Shown: positions 21,973 through 31,895 of the stretch, piece after piece | Layout: each line of letters begins with the position of its first letter | Numbering within the stretch: the stretch's first letter is position 1 | Virus record (IMG/VR): IMGVR_UViG_3300018080_000098 | Span: 186,001 to 250,000 of that record | Length of the DNA stretch: 64,000 nucleotides | Reading direction: 5' to 3' (one strand) | Notes under the pieces: generated by a model | The model's database searches: none | What the model saw: the letters and a program-made list of their open reading frames with translations, nothing else | Told to the model about the DNA's origin: nothing | Position numbers and translations under genes: made by a program

Positions 21973-22776
21973 ATGCACTGGATACTCCAACTGGATTTGG
22001 AGCAGGGTAATGTCGAAGACATCCTGCTCGAAGTGGTGAAGGAGCTCGAGCTCCCACACACCGTCATCAAGCTCGTTCCCTTCTCCCACGAGCTCGTCCC
22101 TGAACCTGAGATAACCGGGAAAGCCGTCGTCTACGGTAGCACCAAGCTGCGTAAAATATCGCAGGCCCGAAACTGGTCACCTGGCTACTATTGGGACGAC
22201 TACAACTTCACCTTCGAGGCGTGGCGCGAGCACTGGGGCACCGAGCTCCTCAACCACGATTCCGTCGTCTGCCGCTTTGAAGATGTGCCGCTTCAGATAG
22301 ACCGTTTCTTCATGCGCCCGTGCGCCACGGACAAGACCTTCACAGGTTCGCACCTGGAGTGGTGCGACTACCTCGAGTGGCGGAAAGAAGTCCTCGCAGG
22401 GGAAGTAACACAGCACTACCAGGACCTGACCGCCGACACCATGGTGGCTGTAGCTCCCTATCGTGAGATTGCTCACGAGTGCCGGTTCTTCATCGCCAAC
22501 GGGAAAATCGTGACCGGGTCGTTCTACAAAAGCATCGGTTGGCGTAGGCGCATCGGTTTCTACGACACTCCCTGGTACGACGAGGAGATGGAGCGGTATG
22601 TGCTGGACCGGATAGCCGAGTGGCAGCCTCACAAAGCGTTCGTCCTCGACATTGCCAGAATCGATCACAAGACTTGTAAAATAATAGAGGTGAACTGCTA
22701 CAACTCGTCGGGTCTCTACGAGTGCGACGGGCGAAAAATGATCGAAGCTCTCGAGGAGATGGAAAAGGATGTATAG
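21973..22776 (+). CDS. ATP-grasp domain protein (R2K/DUF4343-like)
   Basis: FFMRPCATDKTFTG, ECRFFI, FVLDIA, IIEVNCYNSSGLY. Confidence 0.75.
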   Translation: MHWILQLDLEQGNVEDILLEVVKELELPHTVIKLVPFSHELVPEPEITGKAVVYGSTKLRKISQARNWSPGYYWDDYNFTFEAWREHWGTELLNHDSVVCRFEDVPLQIDRFFMRPCATDKTFTGSHLEWCDYLEWRKEVLAGEVTQHYQDLTADTMVAVAPYREIAHECRFFIANGKIVTGSFYKSIGWRRRIGFYDTPWYDEEMERYVLDRIAEWQPHKAFVLDIARIDHKTCKIIEVNCYNSSGLYECDGRKMIEALEEMEKDV

Positions 22777-24358
22777 GAAGCTGTTCAGACGAGTGTGGCC
22801 TCCGGGGATGATTGTTACCAGGTTCTTATGGGACCGTCCATACTTGAGAAAACTATACCGAATCTACGTCACGAGACCGACACGGAGAGCCCTTCATTCC
22901 TTTGTAGGACCCTTCCTTCCTCAATTTTTGCACAGCGACATAGTAAAAAGGATGTACTACCGTTTCAGTGAGTTCTGGTGGGAGCACCCGAGTAACGGGG
23001 GGCACGCACTGTTCGTAGGCCGTTTTAGTGGTAGCCATCGCTGCCTTCTTGAGGAAGGACAACGCTGCCTTTTTTGTGGTGGGTATATGTCGTTTCCTGT
23101 GAACGCAGAAAAGATAAAAGCAGACAACTACGAAGAGGCTGCAGATAACTAAGGAGAAGTGTATATGGCAATCGAGAAAATTCACCTGATGGAAGAGCTT
23201 GGGAACATCGTCAAAAACGCTCCAGTTTTTCCAGGAGACACAATCTCCCATCAAACCGCGAACGCTTTAGGGAGTTCGGGGTTTGCTCAGCGGGACGCTG
23301 CGCAAAATTGGGTACCCACAGAAGATGGCCAGAAGCTGTGGGAACTGTGGTACAGACTTCCTCGGTAACGTAAACATTCCTGGCGATGTCACGCGCGGAA
23401 ACGCAAGGATACGCCAGGTGAGGTGACGCGAGGTTGGGCAATGCAAGGAAAGTTCGGCTACCGTGTTAGGTGACGCATGAAGCAAGCCACCATCGTTGCT
23501 GGACGGTACTACCGTAGCAGAGCCAGCGGCAACACCAGGCTCGTTTTGAGCATCGCCTCAGCGAAAAAACGTGCGACCATTGTACAATGGTGTGCTGTCG
23601 ATTATATTGGGAGAGTCCACCACTACAAAACGCAGCCCCTAGTGTCCTTCGCACGGTGGGCAGACGAAGAAGTTCGTCCAATTTTTGACGCGGTGGTACG
23701 CTGCAGCTGCGGAGGCTGGGATTGGACAGACCATGCAGAGTTGTTTGGCGTGTGCCCAGAGTGCAGATCTCCGTGGGCACACTTGCAAGGAGACGGCGCA
23801 TGAGCAGCTACCCACCGTTAGCTGATTGCCTAGCTGTCAAGCACTACTGTTGGCGCATGTACAGCCACAGGAAGTGGTTTAAGGGTTGTGGGCTCAATAC
23901 AGACGAAGAAGAGTGCGTGGTGGAAATTCGGAAGGACCCGACGTATACAGACCGGTTTACGTACGTCAGCGAGAAGGACGGCGTGAAAATTCGCGTCGTT
24001 GACTTCGACTCCACTAAACATAGTGAAATGGAAGCTCAATGAAAGACAAGAACTGGGCAAAACAGACCATCAAGAAGCTACAGAAACATCTTTCTCGGTC
24101 CGACCTTCTATCTACAGGCGGGCTACAAGAAGCGCGAATGACTGCCGTCCACTTCGTGGTCGACGAGCTCCGCGACGCCAGCTTGGAAGACATCGCTGCG
24201 CTCGTTGTACGTTTAGTCGTCCATCGACCAGAGCCGGACACGGATGAAGTGGAAGCCCTTCAGGACGAAGTGGAAGAACTGAAAAGTCAGCTACGTGTCC
24301 TCAAAGGGGGCGTAACCGCTTTGCTCGAGTCCTTCTAAGTCTAAACAAAGGACCCTCC

Positions 24359-25204
24359 ATGTTCAAGTACATCACAGAAAACCTGTACGCCCACTTCGTC
24401 AATCACGACAGGCTTCCTGGTGGAAAACGAAAAGGCGCCATCTGGAAACACGGCGCCATGTGGTTGCACCACAAGAGCCTATCCTACGGAAGTGGTGAGT
24501 TCTTCCACCTCGAATGGTCTCTCGGCAAGCCCAACCTAGGAGCTCGTCTCAAGCTGCACAGCCCTGGTGGCGAAAACGACCTCTCCGGGAACGTGCAGAT
24601 CCCCGGAGTCTCCCTCTTCTGGGGTATCACTAACATCCCGCACTGGCGCAAAGTGCAGGAGACGCTGGGCCTCTACAAACCCAAAAGCGACGCGCACCCG
24701 TGGGGAGAGTACATCAGTAGGGAATTCGGTTGGCGCGTGTTCGATTGGAAGCTGTGGCTCGACGTCTGGAAGAAGACGAACGAGTGGAGCAGAAGCGACC
24801 CGTGGTGGATGCACACGGTCGTCGATCTGCACCCCATGGACGTTCTATTCGGCTACACTAAGTACAATGAAGGTGACACCATACACGACGAGGTTGTAGA
24901 ATTTCCAATGCCCGAAAAGTCCTACAAAGGGCGCGTGCGCATCCAGGCCAACGAGTGGAAGCGTCCCCGCTGGCCCTTTCCCAAGGTTATCCTTCGCGCC
25001 CACGTCGACATGGAAGAGCCCATCCCGTTCCCCGGTAAAGGAACCTGCTCGTACAACTGCGGAGACGACGCCATTCACGGCTCCTGCTTCCCTTGCCGTA
25101 CCGTAGAGGAAGCCATCGGGGAAGTCGTTGGCAGCGCGCTCCGCAACCGAAAACGCTACGGCGGTAGCCACCAGTTCACCCCACGAGAGAAGGTAGCACA
25201 ATGA
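24359..25204 (+). CDS. hypothetical protein
   Basis: 281-aa Trp-rich ORF with phage-like codon usage. Confidence 0.6.
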   Translation: MFKYITENLYAHFVNHDRLPGGKRKGAIWKHGAMWLHHKSLSYGSGEFFHLEWSLGKPNLGARLKLHSPGGENDLSGNVQIPGVSLFWGITNIPHWRKVQETLGLYKPKSDAHPWGEYISREFGWRVFDWKLWLDVWKKTNEWSRSDPWWMHTVVDLHPMDVLFGYTKYNEGDTIHDEVVEFPMPEKSYKGRVRIQANEWKRPRWPFPKVILRAHVDMEEPIPFPGKGTCSYNCGDDAIHGSCFPCRTVEEAIGEVVGSALRNRKRYGGSHQFTPREKVAQ

Positions 25205-25543
25205 ACCACGACATGTGGAACAACTCTCGCTACGTAGTGGACTTCGAGATAGCAGGTGCTCAGTTCCGCTACCACATGATCACCTTCTTCAATTTCTCCA
25301 AAGGTGAATGGACACCAGAGCGTGTCTGCGAGATGGCAGACATCCCTGTAGACCGCTTTCGCCGTTTCCTTGTCTGCGACGACCGGCTTTCCTTCGGTGA
25401 GATGGCCCACATCGAGGAAACCGTCTTCGACCGCGAGTTCCGGGTTTGTGGCACCATCGACCTGCTCAAAAGCCAATACCCACCCGATACCCATCCAGAC
25501 CACATCAGCTACCAGGAAGAAATAGCCAAATGGAAAAAGCAAA

Positions 25544-26389
25544 ATGAAGAAGATGTGTAGCCTACTCTTACTGCTGTTCGTTCTCCTGTTCACCAGTTGC
25601 GTGGAAACGCAGACCGTGGCACAGGAGTGCCCAGCAACTCACACTCCTCAATGCCCCTTTGGTCAACCGGTCTACTCCCCCACTCCACCCCACGCACCAG
25701 CAGTCGGCGTAGTCACCCGAGACCAATATTCTCTAGGCTACTCCTACTGGTACGACAGCGCCCTCTGGGCCTGCGAGACCATAACGCGCACCGAGCTCCA
25801 CGGAACCGCCAAACGAAAGAGCTCCTTCTCCCTCGACCCCGCACTGTCCAAGTACATGCAAACGAAGTCCTCTCAGTACACCAACAGTGGTTACGACCGC
25901 GCACACATCGTCGCCGCCACAAATCAGCTCTGGAGCCAGCCCCACATGGACCAAACATTCTACATGACGAATGTTACTCCTATGCGCCCCTCCTTCAACC
26001 GGGGCATCTGGCGCCAGTTTGAACAGTGGGTACGAGATTGGGTTACCGCCCACGGAGACGCTTACACCATCACCGGAGCAGTCTTCCTATCCTCCCCACT
26101 ATACGAGCTCGGATTCGAGCACCTGCACAACGACAGTGACAACGCTTTCGTACCTTCGCACTTCTACAAAATCCTCGTCTCCAAACGAGGCACCACCTCC
26201 TGGCACGCCATCGCTTTTCTCTTCGATCACAAATTCGAACACAAAGCTCCCTACGATTGGAAGGACTACGTCATCTCCATCCGTAAACTCGAGGTGATGA
26301 CCCAGCTGGATTTCATGCCCAGCTTGTCCACTACCAACTGGAAACGGATGGAAGCAGACGAAGCCAACTTTGACCTGTGGAGGGATTAA
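25544..26389 (+). CDS. DNA/RNA non-specific endonuclease (NucA/EndoG type), exported or lipoprotein
   Basis: SGYDRAH, TFYMTNVTP, FNRGIWRQFE, VPSHFYKI; LFTSC lipobox-like signal. Confidence 0.88.
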   Translation: MKKMCSLLLLLFVLLFTSCVETQTVAQECPATHTPQCPFGQPVYSPTPPHAPAVGVVTRDQYSLGYSYWYDSALWACETITRTELHGTAKRKSSFSLDPALSKYMQTKSSQYTNSGYDRAHIVAATNQLWSQPHMDQTFYMTNVTPMRPSFNRGIWRQFEQWVRDWVTAHGDAYTITGAVFLSSPLYELGFEHLHNDSDNAFVPSHFYKILVSKRGTTSWHAIAFLFDHKFEHKAPYDWKDYVISIRKLEVMTQLDFMPSLSTTNWKRMEADEANFDLWRD

Positions 26390-26756
26390 CATGTTTCCTT
26401 GTATAGACCAAGAGAATGATACCTCCTGCAGCTACTGCGGTGCCCCAGAACTTGCAGAAGGGCTGTTGAACGATTGGCCCACATGCCAAACGTGCCTCGA
26501 CGTTCACACAGAGCTGCAGGCGATTGCAACCGGGTACCAACAAAGTGGTATCACCAGGGACGAAGCTCGTTACTACTTGCTGGGATTTTCCCGTATCGCT
26601 TCCTACCTGAAGGCGGAGCGCAAGGAGCAGCTAGCAGCACGAAAGAAAGAGCTGGCGCTTGCTCGCGAAAACAGAGACAACCAGCTCAAGAAGCACGCTC
26701 AGAGCGTAAAGAAAAAAGCATCCCTCCTGTCCACATTCAAACAGTGAGGCATCGTT

Positions 26757-27002
26757 ATGCAAGAATTCAAGCACCGCACAGACCTTTTCAATGAAGAGAT
26801 CATTTGCTTCAAGTACGGTCTCACGCAGGCAGAGTTTCGACGCCTCCGTAGAGAGGAGGGCTTCCCGGAGCCTGAGTACTTTTGCAAGGTCACATCACCC
26901 GGGAAATTCCGGTCGCCCAGAAAGGTTGTCTACTGGCGCAAGAGTGTGGTAAAGTCTTTCATGGCTTCTTGGGAAGAGCAGAAACGATGTGCCAAGGATT
27001 GA
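26757..27002 (+). CDS. AlpA/excisionase-like HTH protein
   Basis: GLTQAEFRRLRREEGFPEP...VYWRKSVV. Confidence 0.45.
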   Translation: MQEFKHRTDLFNEEIICFKYGLTQAEFRRLRREEGFPEPEYFCKVTSPGKFRSPRKVVYWRKSVVKSFMASWEEQKRCAKD

Positions 27003-27521
27003 AGGACAAACTTTACTGGCGTCCCGTTGTTGTCAGCGGCCTCTGGTGCTGCTTCAAAAAGAGTGCCGATGCTAAATTTGGATTCGTTTCTCTTTGTGGT
27101 GGTTATGGTCGCGCACGTTCTGGTGGTCAGCAATGTGCACGTCCTCCTGCTATTCTGCGTTGCGCACGGTGTGACGTGGCCGAAATGAAAAGGCGTGACA
27201 AAGAGGAAAGTTTGCTCGAGCTTTCTAATTGGAAGGAGCACCAGCTGTGATCCGTGGCATTGGAATTGATGGTGTTGCGTCTGAAATGGGTGCGCTCAGT
27301 AGGCACTATCACGATTACAAAGTCGACCGGAAAGACCTGGTAGACAGTTTAATGCGTAGGTACACTGCATCTGAGGAAGAGGCGGAAGCAGCCGTTCGTA
27401 AAGCGTTGCGAGCTGGGGTAGTCTGCGAAGTGGGGACAGCTATTGAACTTGTCGAGGAGCCTTGGTAGGGAGTGTCTCGTCCTGCCTCTTTAGTTAGCCT
27501 CTACCCAAGGAGGCTAGCGTC

Positions 27522-28559
27522 ATGGACACAGACGACATCAACACCATCCAGGAGCTCATCGACGAAGACCCTCCCAACCTCGAGCCCAGCAACCACTCCA
27601 GTTGGGCCGTAGCCAACTTCAAAATAATCGCCATTTTGCTAGCCATTGGTCTGAGCCCGGTGTGCACCTACTTCGGTTCCGGGCGCGTTGAGAAAATTCG
27701 CACCAAGTTCGAACGGGAAGACCGGGCGAAGAAGCGCGAAACGCAGTTACGCATCCATCGCCAGAAGATGCGGACCACTTTGGTCAAAGAGGTGGTGTCC
27801 ATCGCGAAGAACGCCGACCTGGACAACGTGGCTCACGCGTACCGTATCGGACTCATTGCGGAAATCGTGATGTCCAATCCTGATGTGTTCAAGCTGAACA
27901 TGCGGGACGCGAAGGACAAGTTGGACGTCATCATCAAAAAGATGAAGGTGGTTCACAACATCCGCAAACAGCTAGCTGAAACGGAGAAGAGCGAGGCGGA
28001 GCTCCAGGGGAAGGTGAAGCGGTACGATAAGGAGAACGTGAACCTCGAGAAGAAGCTGAAGCGCATGAAGAAGAAGTACGACGCGGTGAAGTGGCGCAGC
28101 TACAAGGATCGCATGAAGTGGCAGAAGAAGGTGGAGAAGGTAGAGAAGGCACTCAAGGACAGCCGTTTTCGGAGGCGCATGTACGCGGAGCGATTGCAGC
28201 GGGAACGCCGTCGTAGGCGCCTGTACGCTCACTATCTTAGATACACGCAGCGGCGGTTGCAGAAGAAGGTCAACGCGGCGCAGACGGCCAAGAAAAAGAG
28301 CGATCTGGAAGTCAAGAAGCTCAACGGGGTGCTAGCCACGCTGGAGTTGAAGACTTCCACTGCGAGCAAAGAAATCAAGCAGCTGAAAGGCTTGGTACGG
28401 AAGCTCACGAAGGCAAAGCAGGACAGCGAGGCTACGGCTCAGGACTTGAGCGACGAGGTGAAAAAGCTGAAGGCAGCGAACAAGGTACTCCGGTCTGACA
28501 ACAAGACACTCATGCAGAAGGTGGCAGAGTGCAAACCGAAGAAGGCAATGACTCCATGA
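27522..28559 (+). CDS. membrane-anchored basic coiled-coil protein
   Basis: single hydrophobic helix, then long K/R/E heptad region. Confidence 0.6.
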   Translation: MDTDDINTIQELIDEDPPNLEPSNHSSWAVANFKIIAILLAIGLSPVCTYFGSGRVEKIRTKFEREDRAKKRETQLRIHRQKMRTTLVKEVVSIAKNADLDNVAHAYRIGLIAEIVMSNPDVFKLNMRDAKDKLDVIIKKMKVVHNIRKQLAETEKSEAELQGKVKRYDKENVNLEKKLKRMKKKYDAVKWRSYKDRMKWQKKVEKVEKALKDSRFRRRMYAERLQRERRRRRLYAHYLRYTQRRLQKKVNAAQTAKKKSDLEVKKLNGVLATLELKTSTASKEIKQLKGLVRKLTKAKQDSEATAQDLSDEVKKLKAANKVLRSDNKTLMQKVAECKPKKAMTP

Positions 28560-28864
28560 TAAATACATCGATACCGTCTATGATTCGAGTTGATGGCGTC
28601 AGGTACGCTCGAACTACTTTAACGTACGAGGAGGTGGGTGCGCGTGGCGCTGTCGAGGTGGGGATGGCATACGATTCCAGTGGAAAGGCTTACCCTGGCT
28701 GGGCCGACAAGACAGGCCGGAAGTATGCTGAAGTCAGTCCGGACCGCGAGAAGGGGGAACGTGGTCAGGTTTTTATGCGGATCGATAACAAGGAAGGCTG
28801 GCGCTGGGAATGGGATGAGGGGACGAGTCAGGAAGACGTGGACAACTTTCCTGATTACATGTAG
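28556..28864 (+). CDS. hypothetical protein with PSMIRVDGVRY N-terminal motif
   Basis: motif shared with 31896, 32428, 33131 and 33404. Confidence 0.55.
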   Translation: MINTSIPSMIRVDGVRYARTTLTYEEVGARGAVEVGMAYDSSGKAYPGWADKTGRKYAEVSPDREKGERGQVFMRIDNKEGWRWEWDEGTSQEDVDNFPDYM

Positions 28865-28865
28865 C

Positions 28866-29036
28866 CTAGCGCGGCTCGTCGTTCCCTCTTCTGGCTAGCT
28901 TCTCTCCTACCTTTTCAGCGATTGCGTACAGAAGGAACTGATTCAGACTGGTCCCTTCTTTCTTGGCAATCTTCACACATTTTTCATGAAGCGAGGAGGG
29001 GAGACGGAGTAATATTCTGCCGCTGTACTTCTTCAT
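28866..29036 (-). CDS. HicB-family ribbon-helix-helix antitoxin-like protein (56 aa)
   Basis: MKKYSGRILLRLPSSLHEKCVKIAKKEGTSLNQFLLYAIAEKVG, translated by hand; below ORF-track cutoff. Confidence 0.7.
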   Translation of the reverse strand: MKKYSGRILLRLPSSLHEKCVKIAKKEGTSLNQFLLYAIAEKVGEKLARRGNDEPR

Positions 29037-29602
29037 CAATCTGTCAAAAACAAGAAGGGGTCTTCAGTGACTACCCAGGCATCCAACATGTGCTCTGATT
29101 CTAGCCAGGTTCTCGGTGTGTCTGGTCCTGCTAACCGAGGTAGCTTGCTTGTATCTTTCGGCACTTTGAGTGTGACGATTTTGTCTTCCTTTGCCAGGTA
29201 GAACGAGCAGCTATCGTTTGCCACTTCGGCTTCCGTAATACGGGTACCCACCACAAGCTCTGCTACTTCGTCCCATTTACCGCCATCTGCTTTGTTGTAG
29301 TAGCTAAAGAGAGGCTTCTGGATGTGGTAGTACTTCGGATGGGCACCCACCCAACGATCGTCGAGCAGGAGCCAGCTGTCAGCTCCCCACAACGTGAGAA
29401 CCAACCACTCCGTGGATCGACTTTCGTTTCCGTCCAACCGAAACCCGACGAATCCGGGACCGCCCATGCCGTAGCTACCGAGGTGGGAGCTCCACTCGAG
29501 GATGACGCGGTTCAGGATGTTATTGGTGCCGACTTGCCGCAACGTGGGTGGAGGCTTCCCAGTAGCTTTCACGATGCTCGCTATGATGTTGGAGTTTTCC
29601 AT
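29036..29602 (-). CDS. hypothetical protein
   Basis: ORF with LGSYGMGGPGFVG motif; start moved to the ATG outside the tRNA-like element. Confidence 0.55.
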   Translation of the reverse strand: MENSNIIASIVKATGKPPPTLRQVGTNNILNRVILEWSSHLGSYGMGGPGFVGFRLDGNESRSTEWLVLTLWGADSWLLLDDRWVGAHPKYYHIQKPLFSYYNKADGGKWDEVAELVVGTRITEAEVANDSCSFYLAKEDKIVTLKVPKDTSKLPRLAGPDTPRTWLESEHMLDAWVVTEDPFLFLTD

Positions 29603-29604
29603 AT

Positions 29605-29679
29605 TGGGAGTGATGGGACTTGAACCCACGTCTCTGGGATCCTTAAACCTCAGCGCTTGAGCCGCTCAGCTACACTCCC
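29605..29679 (-). tRNA. tRNA-like RNA with enlarged anticodon loop (GTTTAAGGAT)
   Basis: GGGAGTG/CACTCCC acceptor, normal D and T arms, 10-nt anticodon loop. Confidence 0.7.
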
Positions 29680-29684
29680 ATAGT

Positions 29685-29716
29685 GGGCCCGAGGGTAATA
29701 CCCTCACCCCGGGCCC
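29685..29716 (-). terminator. GC-rich hairpin (terminator or processing signal)
   Basis: GGGCCCG..GAGGG TATTA CCCTC GGGCCC; no clear U-tract. Confidence 0.35.
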
Positions 29717-29737
29717 GTGTTTGCCGGTATACTCACA

Positions 29738-29877
29738 TCGCTGACGACGTTTAAGCTGCCGCTTTAGTTCTATCTACCTGCGCTCTGTCAATTGAGCTAC
29801 CACCTCATAAGAGAGAGGCGGACGGGATTCAAACCCGCAACCTCAGGTTATTTTGTCAGCAGCATTCGATTCAGCGA
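29738..29877 (-). ncRNA. hairpin RNA carrying a circularly permuted tRNA-like domain (29775-29849)
   Basis: order: CCTG, T arm, CCGCCTC-loop-GAGGTGG closed acceptor, D arm, CAGG; outer stems TCGCTGA/TCAGCGA and GCTGCT/GGCAGC. Confidence 0.8.
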
Positions 29878-29889
29878 AACCGACGAATG

Positions 29890-30100
29890 CTCAGATTTGG
29901 AGAATAGCTTGAACTTGCGTTGGGCATTTCTATAAAGCTCCGACAGCCACAGATGTCAGACAACGTGACTCGCGTCTACCAATTCCGCCACCTCCACGTA
30001 GGATTGTGGAGGGCAGGATTCGAACCTGCACGTCGTTGCGAGCTTCATAATTGGCGCCCGTCAGCTTGAGTTTGAACTTTAGCTTGTCTCCAACTCTAAG
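29890..30100 (-). ncRNA. long hairpin RNA with permuted tRNA-like domain (29960-30039) and AARYTN hexamer repeats
   Basis: GCAGG TTCGAAT CCTGC, CCTCCAC-loop-GTGGAGG, TGGCGGAATTGGTAGACGC; outer stems TTATGAAGCTC/GAGCTTTATAG and TTGGAGA/TCTCCAA. Confidence 0.8.
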
Positions 30101-30130
30101 ACTTTTATTCAGTTGTGAAAAAGCTCCTCC

Positions 30131-30631
30131 TTACTTGAGCTCCACTAGCTTGTCACGAATCCATCGCATAGCTCCGAGCTCCAGCTGGGCTTCGCTTTCT
30201 GCAGCGTCCGCTGACTCGAGGGCCTCACGGCGCTGCTCGTACGACATTCCCGCTTCCGCCATCCCTACCTGGCCGGGAACCTGCGTTTCTAGCTCGCGGA
30301 GGCGCCTGTCCAGGTAAAAGAGCGCCCGCTCTTTCATGACTGTGGGGTTTACGTTGTCTGTTTTCACTTCTAACCATTTCCTTGCTTCTACAGTGATGCG
30401 CTCGTCAAGCCAACGTTTCATAAGCACCTGGTAGCCAGTATCTCTGCGTCGGGCAAACTCTTTGAGAATCGCCAGCATTTTGTTCGGTAGCCGAATACTG
30501 ATGGCCGTTGTGCCTGTAGTTTGAGGCACAGCTTCAGGCGCATCTTCCCATCCTTCGTCGGTGGGTTTCAGCTCACCAGAATCCCATTGTTGGGCTTCTT
30601 TCGCCAGCTGCTCGTGGTCGTCTGGTGCCAT
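30131..30631 (-). CDS. CopG/BrnA-like antitoxin-domain protein
   Basis: AISIRLPNKMLAILKEFARRRDTGYQVLMKRWLDERI RHH signature. Confidence 0.7.
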   Translation of the reverse strand: MAPDDHEQLAKEAQQWDSGELKPTDEGWEDAPEAVPQTTGTTAISIRLPNKMLAILKEFARRRDTGYQVLMKRWLDERITVEARKWLEVKTDNVNPTVMKERALFYLDRRLRELETQVPGQVGMAEAGMSYEQRREALESADAAESEAQLELGAMRWIRDKLVELK

Positions 30632-30634
30632 CGG

Positions 30635-31372
30635 CTATCCCAGCAGGTATCCGAAGATAGCTTCGCCGTGGTCCTTCGGAGCAGCCTCGACTTCGTTGGC
30701 CTCTTCTCGGGCGTACTTGACCGCCTTGATGAGCTTCTGGACGCGCTTCTGCAGGTCCTTCTTCCGGTCCGCTGTAACGGCACCGCTCTGCAGAACCTGG
30801 GTCCAGGTGCCGACGATGACGTCTTTGGTAATCAGCTGCGTCTGCGCCGGGTGGTGCTCCGTGGCATCGTAGAGCACGATACCTTCCTGCACTTTCTGCA
30901 TCTGGGTGGTTTTGACCGGGTCGGACTTGAACAGGCCGGTGGCCTCGTCCTTCTGCCAGTTGTGTGCCGGGTCGAGGACGGGCATCTCGTTGACGGTGGT
31001 CTCCAGGTCCTTCAGCAGCTTCTCGAGGAAGAGGAGGTGCGTAGCGGGGACGTCCTTGAGGAGAGGTTGCCCGTCTACTACCACGTCTGCCTTCGCTTGG
31101 CAGTTGGCTGCGTCTTTCCGGGCCACCGTGTCGATGAGCTCGGTCATCTGCTCCGCCACGTTTGCAAGGAGCTCCTCGGCGCTAGCTTGGACGAGCTGCC
31201 GTTTGGGCGGCAAGTCTACCCCTTCGTCTTCCTTCTTCTGGTAGGTCTTGGTCATACCAGAGAAGAGAGTGTGGGCTTTCTGTAGGGCGTGGTAGGCTGC
31301 CGTGACATTTTTCATCACGCGGCTTTTGACGCCCTTTTCTACCGCGATGATCTGGTGCAATTTTGCGGTCAT
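30635..31372 (-). CDS. conserved uncharacterised helical protein (KLHQIIAVEKG family)
   Basis: GGAGG SD; strong codon bias; N-terminus matches an uncharacterised family I recall from actinobacteria and phages. Confidence 0.8.
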   Translation of the reverse strand: MTAKLHQIIAVEKGVKSRVMKNVTAAYHALQKAHTLFSGMTKTYQKKEDEGVDLPPKRQLVQASAEELLANVAEQMTELIDTVARKDAANCQAKADVVVDGQPLLKDVPATHLLFLEKLLKDLETTVNEMPVLDPAHNWQKDEATGLFKSDPVKTTQMQKVQEGIVLYDATEHHPAQTQLITKDVIVGTWTQVLQSGAVTADRKKDLQKRVQKLIKAVKYAREEANEVEAAPKDHGEAIFGYLLG

Positions 31373-31422
31373 TTTCTGTTACCTCCGATTCTGAGCTTCA
31401 GTTTCAATTTGCTGTGCTCACC

Positions 31423-31451
31423 AACATAGCGAGCTTGATTTAGTGTGTCAA
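31423..31451 (-). promoter_or_regulatory. sigma70-like promoter for the 245-aa gene/ncRNA operon
   Basis: TTGACA-17nt-TATGTT. Confidence 0.7.
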
Positions 31452-31515
31452 GAAAATAATCGGGCTTGATTGATTTCCTTTTTATGTTAACATCTCCCCG
31501 ATCCGCGTCGGTTCA

Positions 31516-31599
31516 GGTCCTATTGCCTTCGCGGGGTTGTCGATGAGGCGGACCAGTCTCCCGACGCTAGGGGCTGAGCTTCTTTTGAAGTCAGTCCCC
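31516..31599. repeat. conserved structured element, copy 1
   Basis: aligns with 32775-32849, with compensatory changes. Confidence 0.6.
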
Positions 31600-31644
31600 T
31601 TTTTTGTTTTACAACGCGGGCAGGAGTAATCGAAACTCCAAAAA

Positions 31645-31714
31645 AGCGCAGGGCTGGAGTCGAACCAGCAGCGGGTGATCAAATCCCGACCTCTGCCGTT
31701 GAGGCGACCTGCGC
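31645..31714 (-). tRNA. degenerate tRNA-like RNA (TTGATCA loop), copy 1
   Basis: GCGCAGG/CCTGCGC acceptor, GCTGG TTCGACT CCAGC T arm, 9-nt anticodon loop, very short variable region. Confidence 0.65.
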
Positions 31715-31717
31715 AAA

Positions 31718-31858
31718 TACGCCGGATAGGACTCGAACCTATATCCACACCAAGAGTACCTTTCAGCCTTGATGCCGCTCTTCCTATTCCCCACCCGCCA
31801 GACGGAGGTGCACCTTCCGCTGGACTTAGCAGTGGTATTTCTTTTGAGCTACCGACGC
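31718..31858 (-). tRNA. tRNA-like RNA with about 60-nt structured D-loop insertion and extended anticodon arm
   Basis: GCGTCGG/CCGGCGT acceptor; TAGCTC...GAGC D stem split by an insert; ATAGG TTCGAGT CCTAT T arm. Confidence 0.65.
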
Positions 31859-31895
31859 ATATAGTTACTCTATGATGTTGAACAAAGGAACAGTT

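Noticed and set aside
23378-23470. CCTGGCG/CGCCAGG stem in an intergenic gap
   Set aside because: Too little support to call an RNA.
29738-30100. Two-piece tmRNA or eukaryote/archaea-type permuted tRNA genes
   Set aside because: No tag reading frame, CCA end or bulge-helix-bulge motif is evident, and no anticodon can be reconstituted.
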